From: Rhodanobacter sp.
Lineage (GTDB): Bacteria; Pseudomonadota; Gammaproteobacteria; Xanthomonadales; Rhodanobacteraceae
Assembly (NCBI GenBank): GCA_039924175.1
Contig: JBDTBF010000045.1
Location: 52,286 to 116,285, forward strand
Direction of reading: 5' to 3'
DNA: 64,000 nt
Positions 28,840 to 39,000 of the stretch are shown piece after piece. The notes under the pieces were generated by a model. The model did not search any database, was not told the DNA's origin, and saw nothing but the letters and a program-made list of their open reading frames with translations. Numbering within the stretch: position 1 is the first letter of the stretch; every line of letters starts with the position of its first letter. A program made the translations under genes and the position numbers.

Positions 28840-30090
28840 ATGATTTCGACTCAGTTACCCAAGCTGGTGGTAGTCGGCGGCGGCCCCGCTGGATTGATGG
28901 CGGCTGAGGCGGCCATCGCTGCGGGCGTATCCGTTGACGTGTACGACGCGATGGGCTCGGTCGGCCGCAAATTTTTGCTGGCGGGAAAAGGCGGGCTCAA
29001 TCTGACCCACAGCGAGCCGATTGCACGCTTTGTCGAACGCTATGGCGCGAGGCATGCCGAGGTAGCGCGCTGGCTGACGACGTTCGACGCGGACGCCTTG
29101 CGGGCATGGGCGCATGAGTTGGGCGTGGAGACGTTTGTCGGCAGTTCGGGCCGCGTGTTTCCGGCGGACATGAAAGCTGCGCCGCTGTTGCGTGCGTGGC
29201 TGCGCCGCTTGCGTGAGTCGGGTGTGACCTTTCATATGCGCCATCGCTGGCTCGGCTGGCAGGCGCATGGCGCGTTGCATTTTGCGACCCCGGAAGGGCA
29301 ACGCGTGGTGCCGGCTGCGGCGGTGGTGTTGGCACTTGGCGGAGCTAGCTGGCCGCGTCTGGGTTCGACCGCTGCGTGGGTGGAACCGCTGGTGCAGGCT
29401 GGCGTTGATGTCGCGCCGCTACAGCCGGCTAATTGTGGCTTTGAGGTGCAGTGGAGCGATTATCTGATCAGTCGCTGTGCCGGCGCGCCGCTGAAATCCG
29501 TGGTGGCGCAGTGGACGGATCGTGCCGGTACGGCGCATGCGCGTCAGGGTGATTGTGTGCTGAGCGAATACGGCGTGGAGGGAAGCTTGATTTACGCCGT
29601 CGGCGCCGAATTGCGCGAACAACTAGCCGACCGTGGCCAAGCATCGTTGCAACTTGATCTAGTGCCCGGTTACAGCCAGCCGGTGCTGGCCGAGCGTCTT
29701 GCCGCGCCGCGCGGTAAGCACAGTATTGGTGACTGGTTGCGTCGCCGCGCCGGGCTGGATGCTGCCAAGTGCGCGCTGGTGTTTGAGCTGGTCGATAAGC
29801 CGACCTTGGCTGATCCATTCGCGCTGGCAGCGCGATTGAAGGCATTGCCGATTCCGTTGCGCGCGCCGCGACCGGTTGCCGAGGCAATCAGCACCGCCGG
29901 CGGTGTGCGGCTGGAGGAGTTGGACGATGGGTTGATGCTGCGCGCGCGACCCGGCGTTTTTTGCGCCGGTGAAATGCTTGATTGGGAAGCGCCTACGGGC
30001 GGCTATTTGTTGAATGCAAGTTTTGCCACCGGCCGCGTGGCTGGTCGTGGGGCGGCGCTTTGGTTGCAGCGCCACGGTGGCCTGAATTAA
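28840..30090 (+). CDS. HI0933/BaiN-like NAD(P)/FAD-dependent flavoprotein (TIGR03862-type)
   Basis: GGGPAGLMAA, GRKFLLAGKGGLNLTH, GSSGRVFP, ALGGASWP, STAGGV, GEMLDWEAPTGGYLL. Confidence 0.9.
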   Translation: MISTQLPKLVVVGGGPAGLMAAEAAIAAGVSVDVYDAMGSVGRKFLLAGKGGLNLTHSEPIARFVERYGARHAEVARWLTTFDADALRAWAHELGVETFVGSSGRVFPADMKAAPLLRAWLRRLRESGVTFHMRHRWLGWQAHGALHFATPEGQRVVPAAAVVLALGGASWPRLGSTAAWVEPLVQAGVDVAPLQPANCGFEVQWSDYLISRCAGAPLKSVVAQWTDRAGTAHARQGDCVLSEYGVEGSLIYAVGAELREQLADRGQASLQLDLVPGYSQPVLAERLAAPRGKHSIGDWLRRRAGLDAAKCALVFELVDKPTLADPFALAARLKALPIPLRAPRPVAEAISTAGGVRLEELDDGLMLRARPGVFCAGEMLDWEAPTGGYLLNASFATGRVAGRGAALWLQRHGGLN

Positions 30091-30251
30091 TTCGAACCAG
30101 ACGAGCTAGCGGCTTTCAACAACCGTACGGTCCAACGAACCTGAAACGCTTTTCAATAGCCAACGAACGGTCATGTGGAGCTTTCGGAGCTTTCAACGAC
30201 GCGCCTGCTGAGCTGGGCGGGACATCCGCTCAGTTCGTGTTCGTCGCCAAG

Positions 30252-31019
30252 TCAGTGCTTGTGGCGTGGAACCAGCTTGATCTCGAACAGCTTCGGCCAG
30301 CATTTGCCGGTCACAAACAAGCGGTCATGTACGGCGTCGTAAGCAATGCCGTTGAGCACATCGTCGACTGGGTTTGGTAGTGCTTTGACGTCAAGCAGGC
30401 CGGTCAGATCGATCCAGCCCACCACTTGGCCGGTGGTGGGGTTGATGCGAGCGATGCGGTTGGTCAGCCAGATGTTGGCGTAGATCTCACCCTTGACCCA
30501 CTCCAGCTCGTTGAGAGGGGTCACCGGCACACCGTCGGCCAGCACGGAGATGCTGCCGGTCGAGGTCAGGGTTTCTGGATCGAGGATGCGTAGGATGGAT
30601 GAGCCGTCACTCATGTAAATGTGCTTGCTATTGCGCGTCAGCGCCCAACCCTCGCCCGGGTAGTGGAAGGTGTGGCGCAGCTTGAAATCTTTCAGGCCGT
30701 AGACGAAACCGGTTTCACTTTGCCAGGTCAGCTGGATCAACTGATCTTTCCAGTCGACGATGCCTTCGCCGAAATATTGTGCCGGCACACTTTGCTGCTG
30801 TACCACTTTGCCGGATTCGAGTTGCACCTTGCGGATGCTTGAATTGCCCTTCTGGCCGGTGCTTTCGTAAAGGAAGCCGTTTTTGTAGAACAGGCCCTCG
30901 GTATAAGCCGACGTGGAGTGCGGATACGTGTGCACGATCTTGTAACCGTAAACCGGAATCGCTGCCTGACACGCGGTAGTGACAAGCAGCAAGATGAAAG
31001 TAACGACTAGACCACGCAT
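30252..31019 (-). CDS. Glutaminyl-peptide cyclotransferase (type I, beta-propeller), exported
   Basis: YPH...YTEGL, LYESTG, YFGEG, QLTW, EGWALT, SDGS, LNELE, VLNGIAY, VTGKCWP; signal peptide. Confidence 0.93.
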   Translation of the reverse strand: MRGLVVTFILLLVTTACQAAIPVYGYKIVHTYPHSTSAYTEGLFYKNGFLYESTGQKGNSSIRKVQLESGKVVQQQSVPAQYFGEGIVDWKDQLIQLTWQSETGFVYGLKDFKLRHTFHYPGEGWALTRNSKHIYMSDGSSILRILDPETLTSTGSISVLADGVPVTPLNELEWVKGEIYANIWLTNRIARINPTTGQVVGWIDLTGLLDVKALPNPVDDVLNGIAYDAVHDRLFVTGKCWPKLFEIKLVPRHKH

Positions 31020-31054
31020 GGAAGATCCAGATAAGTGCGAAGGGTGCAGCGTGC

Positions 31055-32449
31055 TCAGCCCAACGGTCGCACGCGGAAATTGCGACCTTTGATCTTACCT
31101 GCGCGCAATTGGCTTAATGCCTTGTTGGCCAGTGCCCGGGTGATGGCCACATAGGCGCGGGTAGCAAAAACGTCGATCTTGCCGATGTCAGCCGCCTTTA
31201 ATCCGGCGTCGCCGGTCAGTGCGCCAAGGATGTCGCCGGGACGCAATTTGTCGCGGCGTCCGGCATCGATCACTAGCGTTTTCATCGGTGCTAGATGCAA
31301 GGTTTTTCCGCGGGACGGTGGCACCTTCAACGGATGCCATGGCAGCGGCGTTCCATTGAGTTCTTCAATATTGGTGGCTTTCGGCCGCTCGCGTGAGGTG
31401 CACAGGGTGATGGCCAAGCCGGACTGCCCGGCGCGGCCAGTGCGGCCAATGCGGTGCGTGTGCGTTTCCGGGTCGTGCGCGATGTCGTAGCAAATGACCA
31501 ACGGAAGCGCGACGATATCCAAGCCGCGCGCAGCGACGTCGGTGGCAACCAAGACGCTGCAACTGTGATTTTTAAAACGGACCAGCACTTCGTCACGGTC
31601 GCGCTGTTCCATGTCGCCATGCAAGGCCAGCGCTGAAAAACCACGCTGGTCCAGTTCCTGCGCGACCGCGTCGACTTCACGGCGCATATTGCAGAACACC
31701 AACGCTTGTTCTTGACCGAGATGCAGCGCGCTTTCGCGGCTGAGTATCTGTGCCAACGCGTCGAGTTTTTGCACGGGCTCCACTTCGTGGAAACGCTCTT
31801 CAATTGCGGGCTGCTCGTTCACCGGCGCGGCCACCGTTATTTCCACCGGGTCGTGCTGGACGCGCCGGCTTACCGCGCGAATGCCATCGGGGTAGGTGGC
31901 AGAAAACAGCAACGTTTGGTGGTGCTTGGAAATACGCCCGATGATGTCTTCAATGGCTTCGGTGAAGCCCATGTCGAGCATACGGTCCGCTTCATCCAGC
32001 ACCAGCGTCTTGATGCCGCCGCCGTGCAGGCTCTCGCGCTTTAAGTGTTCCTGCACCCGTCCCGGCGTGCCGACCACGATGTGTGGGTCGTGCGTGAGTG
32101 AGGCGAACTGCGGTCCCAGCGGCATGCCGCCGCACAGCGTCAGCAACTTCACGTTGGGGATATTGGCCGCCAGTTTACGAATGGCTTTACTGACCTGGTC
32201 GGCCAGTTCGCGGGTCGGGCACAGCACTAGCGCTTGCAGGCGCGTCGTATCCACGTCGAGTGATTGCAGCAAGTTCAAACCGAACGCAGCCGTCTTGCCA
32301 CTACCAGTTTGTGCCTGAGCCACCACGTCACGGCCGGCCAGCATCGGCGGCAAGCTTTGTTCCTGCACTGGCGTCATGGTGGTGTAGCCGAGTGCCTCGA
32401 CGCTGGCGAGTAGGGCGGGTTTAAGAGCGAGCGTATCGAATGAAGTCAT
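31055..32449 (-). CDS. dbpA: DEAD-box RNA helicase DbpA
   Basis: AQTGSGKT, PTRELA, DEAD, SAT, HRIGRTGR, and C-terminal DbpA RNA-binding domain (KLRPGDILGAL...IGKI). Start is the ATG at 32449 with a GGAG RBS. Confidence 0.95.
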   Translation of the reverse strand: MTSFDTLALKPALLASVEALGYTTMTPVQEQSLPPMLAGRDVVAQAQTGSGKTAAFGLNLLQSLDVDTTRLQALVLCPTRELADQVSKAIRKLAANIPNVKLLTLCGGMPLGPQFASLTHDPHIVVGTPGRVQEHLKRESLHGGGIKTLVLDEADRMLDMGFTEAIEDIIGRISKHHQTLLFSATYPDGIRAVSRRVQHDPVEITVAAPVNEQPAIEERFHEVEPVQKLDALAQILSRESALHLGQEQALVFCNMRREVDAVAQELDQRGFSALALHGDMEQRDRDEVLVRFKNHSCSVLVATDVAARGLDIVALPLVICYDIAHDPETHTHRIGRTGRAGQSGLAITLCTSRERPKATNIEELNGTPLPWHPLKVPPSRGKTLHLAPMKTLVIDAGRRDKLRPGDILGALTGDAGLKAADIGKIDVFATRAYVAITRALANKALSQLRAGKIKGRNFRVRPLG

Positions 32450-33022
32450 GCTCCATGATCGCATCCACCGCGGTGAATACCTAGCGCGGCCCTTGCTTGG
32501 CGGGGCGTTGGTGGCCTTTGCGGCCAAGCCTGCCAGCCCGCTGCCAGCCGACCATCGGCGGTCCGGCGAGACGTCGCGCGCATGCTCTGAACAAGTTTCC
32601 GCTTGCCACTTGGTGGCTTTTCAGCCGCGGAACGGCTGGGCAAGCCGGGACCTCGCGACGCTCGCGGTGGCTGAAATCATGGCCTGACCCTCGTTCGCTA
32701 GTCGGCAAGCGGCTCCGGTTGGGCCGGCGCTGTGGCAGCTGAATGCCGCCGAGGTTGCGGAATCACGCAGGGCGTTCCTAACCGTCGCAAGCCGCTGGCT
32801 GCATGCATTCGGGCCGTGAGCGGCTTCTGCGCTCGGCGAGCATTGGATTCAGGCGCCGGTTGTGGGCACCGGCGACTAACGGACGGGCATGCGTTGCAGC
32901 ACCTCTTCGCCTGCCGCCGAGTCTGCTCGCCTTCGCGAGTGCGGCTTCCGGCCAGATAGTCGACTTGCATCTGTGGCTCTGGTCGCCGACCCTGTGCGTC
33001 TGCCCTTGCAACGATTGCCCTC

Positions 33023-33382
33023 ATGGATAGTATTTTCATCGAAGACTTGCGTATCGACGCGCTGATTGGCGTGTATGCGTGGGAGCGTGAAATTCGCCAG
33101 TCGCTGCTGTTTGGCGTGACCTTGGGCTATGACAATCACAAGCCAGCCGACAGCGGCGCGCTTGCCGATACGATGGATTACGCGTCGGTAGTGGCAGTTC
33201 TGCGCGCGCATGTGGCGGGGCGCACGGACGCCCTGCTGGAAACGCTGGCTGAAAGCTGCTGCTCGATGTTGGCTGAACGCTTTCAGCCGAAATTGATTGA
33301 ACTGCGTATCAACAAACCGCTGGCGGCGCTGAACTTGGGTTGTGCGCGGGTCGGCGTTTGCTTGCAGCGTCGGTACGACTGA
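33023..33382 (+). CDS. folB: Dihydroneopterin aldolase
   Basis: IGVYAWERE..Q, DTMDYA, LLETLAE, INKP. Confidence 0.9.
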   Translation: MDSIFIEDLRIDALIGVYAWEREIRQSLLFGVTLGYDNHKPADSGALADTMDYASVVAVLRAHVAGRTDALLETLAESCCSMLAERFQPKLIELRINKPLAALNLGCARVGVCLQRRYD

Positions 33383-33801
33383 TGGCGCGCTGCTGGCTGC
33401 TGGTGCTGGGTTCCAACTTGGGTTCCGACGCGTGCGTGCGGGCGACGTTGGTGCGACTGGCAGCGACTGGTCCGACCACTTCGCTGACGACGATTCAGCA
33501 CTTCCCGTCCGATGACGGCGGCAGCACCAACTACTTCAACGTGCTGGTGACTTGGCAGCAGGATGGCGATGGCGCTGCCGTGGTCGCGCAGCTCAAGCAG
33601 ATGGAGTTGGTGCTGGGGCGCGATCGTACCCACCCCACGGAAGTAGCGATCGATATTGATTTGCTGGCTGAGTGCATCGACGGTCGCTGGCACGCCACTT
33701 CGCATGCGCTAGAGAAAAATGAATTCGGTCATGCCACCGTGGCGGCGTTGTTGCGCCAAGCGGGTCTGGTGGTGCTGGGCGTGGCATCGAAGGAAGGGTG
33801 A
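33382..33801 (+). CDS. folK: Divergent HPPK (FolK-like) protein
   Basis: LGSN, YFN, LKQME..LGR.R, IDIDLL; TGATG coupling to folB. Confidence 0.75.
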   Translation: MARCWLLVLGSNLGSDACVRATLVRLAATGPTTSLTTIQHFPSDDGGSTNYFNVLVTWQQDGDGAAVVAQLKQMELVLGRDRTHPTEVAIDIDLLAECIDGRWHATSHALEKNEFGHATVAALLRQAGLVVLGVASKEG

Positions 33802-33924
33802 CGAGCCATTTCCTGACCACGGCGCCGTGATCACGGCGTAGCAGTTATCGGTCGGCGCTGAGCTTTCCGATGGCCGCAGTCCCGCAGTTTTTCACGTGTC
33901 TGTGAGCGCAAAGATCAGCGCCAC

Positions 33925-34671
33925 TCAGATATGTAACAAGCGCCCACCATCAACGGGCAATACCACGCCGCTGCAATAACCAGCGTCGCGCAGCAGGTAC
34001 AACACGGCGCTGGCAATATCGTCGGGCGAGCCTTGTCGCTGCAGCGTGGTGCGCTGCTCCACCGTGGCGGGTGTCTCGGCCTTGATCGGGTTGGTCGACC
34101 ACAGCACATTGCCCGGCGCGATGGCGTTCACGCGCACCTCGGGCCCTAGCTCCACGGCGAGACTGCGCGTCATCATCACCAGCGCCGCTTTGCTCATGCA
34201 GTAGACGGTGTGGTCGGGCAATGGGCGGTCGGCGTAAATGTCGGCCATGTTGACGATGGCGCCGCGGCTGGCGCGTAAATGCGGGGCGGCCGCCTGGCTC
34301 AAAAACAGCGGGCCACGTGCGTTGGCGTTAAACAATTCGTCCCATTGTGCAGGCGTGATGTCACCCACCGGCGTGGCATAAAATGTGGACGCATTGTTGA
34401 TCAGCGCATCCAGTCGGCCGAAATGGGTAACGACCTTTTCCACCAAGAGCGGCAGCGTCGCGACGTCGGCCAGTTCCGCTTGCACCAGCAAGGTGCTGTT
34501 GCCGCGTTGCTGCTCCAACTCGTCTGCCAGCGCGCGCGCGGCCGTGGTCGAGTTGCGGTAATGCAGTGCCAGGTCATATCCCGCCGCGTGCAGCGCGCGC
34601 GCAATCACCGCACCAACGCGCAAGCTGGCGCCAGTGACCAACGCTACCGGGCGGTCGTGGGATGACTTCAT
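33925..34671 (-). CDS. folM: Pteridine reductase (FolM/PTR1-like SDR)
   Basis: TGASLRVG, LALHY, INNAS.F, YCMSK, VNAIAPG, VDGG. Alternative start at 34695. Confidence 0.85.
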   Translation of the reverse strand: MKSSHDRPVALVTGASLRVGAVIARALHAAGYDLALHYRNSTTAARALADELEQQRGNSTLLVQAELADVATLPLLVEKVVTHFGRLDALINNASTFYATPVGDITPAQWDELFNANARGPLFLSQAAAPHLRASRGAIVNMADIYADRPLPDHTVYCMSKAALVMMTRSLAVELGPEVRVNAIAPGNVLWSTNPIKAETPATVEQRTTLQRQGSPDDIASAVLYLLRDAGYCSGVVLPVDGGRLLHI

Positions 34672-34751
34672 GGGCGAACTCTCATGGCGGGCCAACGGCT
34701 AGCTTGCCGCAAACAGCGCGGGGCGTCATCCGCTGGCGTCGGCCCCAATGC

Positions 34752-35534
34752 TTATTTCTCGTCCGGCGCGCGTGGTTTTCGGGGTGTTGTCTTGCGCTTG
34801 CTGCCAGTTGTTTTGTCGGCGTTTGCAGTGGTTGCTTGATCGACACTTTTCTTGCTGGCACGTCGCGTGGTCGCCGCCGTTTTTGGCGTGGCCGGCGTCG
34901 TCAGCATCGTGTCGTCTTCAACGTCTTCGTCTTCCATGACAGCTTCGCCGCTGAATAACGCAATCGCTGTGGTCGCTACCTGCGCCGTGTCGTAATACGC
35001 ATAAGCGCCAACGCCAAGCGCGCCCACCACTGGCAGCCACCGCGACAGGCCTTTACCCAACGTACGCTGGGTCATTTTGACGCCTATTTGTTTGGCCACA
35101 CGCTGCACGATGCGATGCGACATGCGGCGAAATACCAAACGGTCACCCATACGCACCACCAAGTCGCGAAACGCCTGTGCGGCCGTGTGTCGAAACAAAC
35201 ACCACATCATTTGCTCGCGTCCCAAGGTCGCGTGCTTGTCGTACGCCGCCGCAATATCGCTAACCATTTGCCCCTGAATTTTCCAGATCGCAATCATTTC
35301 CGGCAGCAAGGTCAGCCAACCCAGCGGACCCGGTGGCAGCGCCAGTGAGCCGGCCGTGAGCGCGGCACGTTGTGCGGCACGGTTGGCCAGTTGCCGCGCG
35401 GCCGCGGCAGGGTCAGTGCTGCTATCGATCTTGCTGGCTGGCACGTGACTAACAAAATCAAGAATGGCTTGTGTGACTGGATTAGGGTCACTCGTCGTCA
35501 GAACGGCAGGAACGTGCTGGCTGGATGGGGACAT
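34752..35534 (-). CDS. EcsC-like hypothetical protein with basic low-complexity tail
   Basis: LALPPGPLGW...IQ..MV.DIAA.Y...RWLPVVGALGVG pattern; acidic then Lys/Thr-rich C-terminus. Confidence 0.65.
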   Translation of the reverse strand: MSPSSQHVPAVLTTSDPNPVTQAILDFVSHVPASKIDSSTDPAAAARQLANRAAQRAALTAGSLALPPGPLGWLTLLPEMIAIWKIQGQMVSDIAAAYDKHATLGREQMMWCLFRHTAAQAFRDLVVRMGDRLVFRRMSHRIVQRVAKQIGVKMTQRTLGKGLSRWLPVVGALGVGAYAYYDTAQVATTAIALFSGEAVMEDEDVEDDTMLTTPATPKTAATTRRASKKSVDQATTANADKTTGSKRKTTPRKPRAPDEK

Positions 35535-36015
35535 ACATGACTCCGTGGTGGTAGCGGTGGCTGCGCCGTGGCACATTCGTCCAGTCTAGACAATCCGTGT
35601 GAAGCTCGGCTCAAGGTGGCTGATCGCGTGCACTCCGCGCGGTGCCAGCTTGATCAGCGGCAGGCTGCCAGTGATTGGCCGCTTCAACAGGCTGTCGCGG
35701 TATGACAGCGCGTGCCGCTACCCGCTGCCACACAGCGCCTTAGTCATGCGGGAAGCTTGGCATCGTCGTAGCGTATGTTTGGTGCGGGAATGGGGCTGCC
35801 GCATACGACTTAACGACGTTCCGGATGGGCTCCGTTTGCGGAAACGACGGATAGCATCTCCAGCTCAGGCGGCTCGTTTGAAGATGCTTAAGACCTCGCC
35901 CGTGGGCCGTTTGCGATTGCGTTATGGCGCGTTTGCACGGACGATGCAGGGGATTTCCGCCACGTCGTTTCGTGGCTGACATCGTTACGGCTATGCATGA
36001 AGGGGAGGTTGGCGC

Positions 36016-39000
36016 GTGATTGACGGTTGGCTGCTGCTGATGATGGCGCTGCTGTATGTCGGGCTGCTGTTTATGGTGGCTTACATCGGTGACCGCTATG
36101 CGTTGTACACCACGCAAACGAAATGGCGGCCGGTTATTTATAGCTTGGCGCTGGCGGTGTATTGCTCGTCGTGGACCTTTTACGGGGCGGTGGGTACGGC
36201 GGCACGTGGCGGCCTGGCGTATTTGCCCATTTATCTCGGGCCGATTTTGCTATTCGTGTTTGGCTTCAGTTTGCTGCGGCGGATGGTGCGCATTACGTCG
36301 CAGCGCAATATCACCTCGATTGCTGACTTCATTGGTGCGCGCTTCGGCAAGTCGCACGGCCTGGCGGCGTTGGTCGCGGTTATCGCCGTGACGGCGGTGG
36401 TGCCGTACGTCGCGTTACAGTTTCACGCGATCTCGATGTCGTTCGGCGTCCTTGGTGGCGGTCCCCACGGCGCGGTGATGTTGGGTGGCGTGGATAGCGC
36501 CATGTGGTGTGCCGTGCTGTTGGCGGTGTTCGCCATTCTTTTCGGCGCACGCACGATCGACGCCACCGAGCATCATCACGGCATGGTGCTGGCCATTGCG
36601 GCCGAGTCGCTGATCAAATTGTTGGTGTTTGTGGCGTTGGCGATCTACGCGGTGTGGAAGGGTCCGGGCTTGCTGGCAAGCGTGCAATTGCCGGTAAAGC
36701 AACTGCATGAAGGCCTGCCTTCCGGCTTTGTGGTGCAAACCATGCTGGCGTTGTGCGCCATGTTCTGCCTGCCGCGACAGTTTCAAATGGGCGTGGTGGA
36801 ATGCGAAAACGTCGATGACCTCAAACGCGCGCGCTGGTTGTTTCCCATTTACATGGGAGTTATCAGCTTGGCGGTGTTGCCGATAGTGGCCGCTGGTGCA
36901 GCCTTACCAGCGTTGCGAGATGGCATTGCCGACGCGTGGGTGCTGACGCTGCCGATGGTGCACGGTGATCAGGGCGTGGCGCTGTTGGCGTTCGTGGGTG
37001 GTTTTGCATCCGCCACAGGTATGGTGATTGTCAGCTCGATCGCGTTGGCGACGATGATTAGCAACGACCTGGTCATGCCGGCGTTGTTGCGCATCCGCTA
37101 CTTACACCTGGAGCAGCGCAGCGACCTTTCGCGTTTGGTGCTGCTGGTGCGTCGAGTGGCGATTATCGGCTTGTCAGCGGTGGCGTATTTGTACTACCGC
37201 GTGGCAGCTGGCCACGAGTTTTTAGCAACCACCGGCTTGCTTGCTTTTGTAGCCGTTGTGCAATTTGTACCGGCCTTGCTGGCCGCGCTGTACTGGCGCG
37301 GTGCCAGTGGTTACGGCGTGGCGGCCGGTCTGGTGGGTGGTTTTGTGGTGTGGTTTTACACCTTGCTGGCACCGACCTTTTTGCACATGCAGCACTGGGT
37401 AAACGACGGCCCGTTTGGTTTGGATTGGCTGCGTCCGCACGCGTTGTTCGGCTTATCCGGTTGGGACCCCATCACGAGTGGTACGTTCTGGTCGTTGTTG
37501 GTCAACGTCAGCTGCCTGGTATTTATCTCGCTGCGCTTTCGGCCTAGCCTGGCCGAACGCTTGCGCGCGGCGGCTTTCATTGATGCTAATCCAGCCATTC
37601 GCACCGGTGCGGGCGATTGGCGCGGTCGCGTCGCCGTTGCCGACTTGCGCACCATTGCCGAACGAATCGTGGGCGAGCGCGCCACGACCCGCGCGTTTAC
37701 CGAATATAACCAACGCCACGGACGCGTGCTGCTTGGCACCGAGGTGGCCGATCGCGCGTTGATTCAGTACACCGAACGCCTGCTTGCGTCTGCGGTGGGC
37801 GCGGCGAATGCGCGGCGCATCTTGATTGGGGCGTTGTCAGGTAGCGGGCTGGACTTGGCCGAGGCGATGGCGTTGATGGATGAAACGTCACAGGAATTGC
37901 GCTTCAATCGCGAGCTGCTGTCCACCACGCTGGAAAACGTTTCCCAGGGCATTAGTGTAGTGGACGCACACATGTTGCTAGTGGCGTGGAACCGGCGCTA
38001 TCTGGAATTGTTCGACTACCCCGAAGGCATGGTGCACGTCGGGGTGCCGGTAGACAAACTGATTCGTTGGAATGCGGAATTGGGCGAATGCGGCCCCGGT
38101 GAAGTCGATGAGCACGTGGCTAAGCGCATTGACTACATGCGTGCGGGATCGGCGCATCTATTTCGACGGGTGCGCACCGATGGCACCGTTATCGAAATGC
38201 TTGGACGGGCGCTACCAGGCGGCGGCTACGTCACCACGTATAGCGATGTCACTGCTTACAAACGTGCTGAGCAAGCGCTGATCGACACCAATGAAACGCT
38301 GGAGCAGCGGGTGGCGCTGCGTACGGCAGAATTGTCCGAAGCGCTCACCGCGACGGCGCAAGCGCGGCAGGCGGCGGACGCGGCGAACCTTTCCAAAACG
38401 CGCTTTCTTGCAGCGGCCAGTCACGATTTGCTGCAGCCATTAAATGCCGCTCGTCTGTTTACCTCGGCCTTGCGTCAGCAACCGGGCCTGGATGCGGAGG
38501 CGAGCAAGTTGGCTGAGCGCATCGACGCGTCGTTCCGCGCCGCCGAAGGTTTGCTGGATGCGCTGCTCGACACTTCGCGGTTGGATGCGGGCAGTTATCA
38601 CCCGGACGTGGGTGGTTTTGCGCTGGATGACTTGTTTGAGTCGCTGAAGGCGCAGTTTGCCGTGGTCGCGGAGCAGCGTGGCCTGCGTTTGCGCGTGGTG
38701 GCTACCAGCCTGGCCGTGTGCAGTGACCCGCAGTTGTTGCGCCGCATTGTGCAAAATCTGATTTCCAATGCGCTGCGCTATACCAGTCGCGGTGGCGTGC
38801 TGGTCGGCGCGCGACGTGACGGTGATGAAGTGCGCATCGAAGTGTGGGATAGCGGCCCGGGCGTTCCCGCCGAGCAGCGGTCGCGCATCTTTGATGAGTT
38901 TCAACGGCTGGATCAGCCCTCGCCGTGGGGTGAGAAAGGCTTGGGGCTGGGCTTGTCCATCTGCGATCGCCTAGCCGGGATTCTTGGCCATCGGTTGGAC

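Noticed and set aside
30111-30200. Recurring GCTTTCAA and CCAACGAAC words resembling a degenerate CRISPR
   Set aside because: The repeats are only 8-9 bp with a period of about 30-40 bp, too short for repeat plus spacer, and no cas genes are nearby.
32450-33022. Short ORFs in the 570-bp dbpA-folB divergent spacer
   Set aside because: No recognisable motifs, RBS or RNA-gene structure; the compositions look like GC-rich noise.
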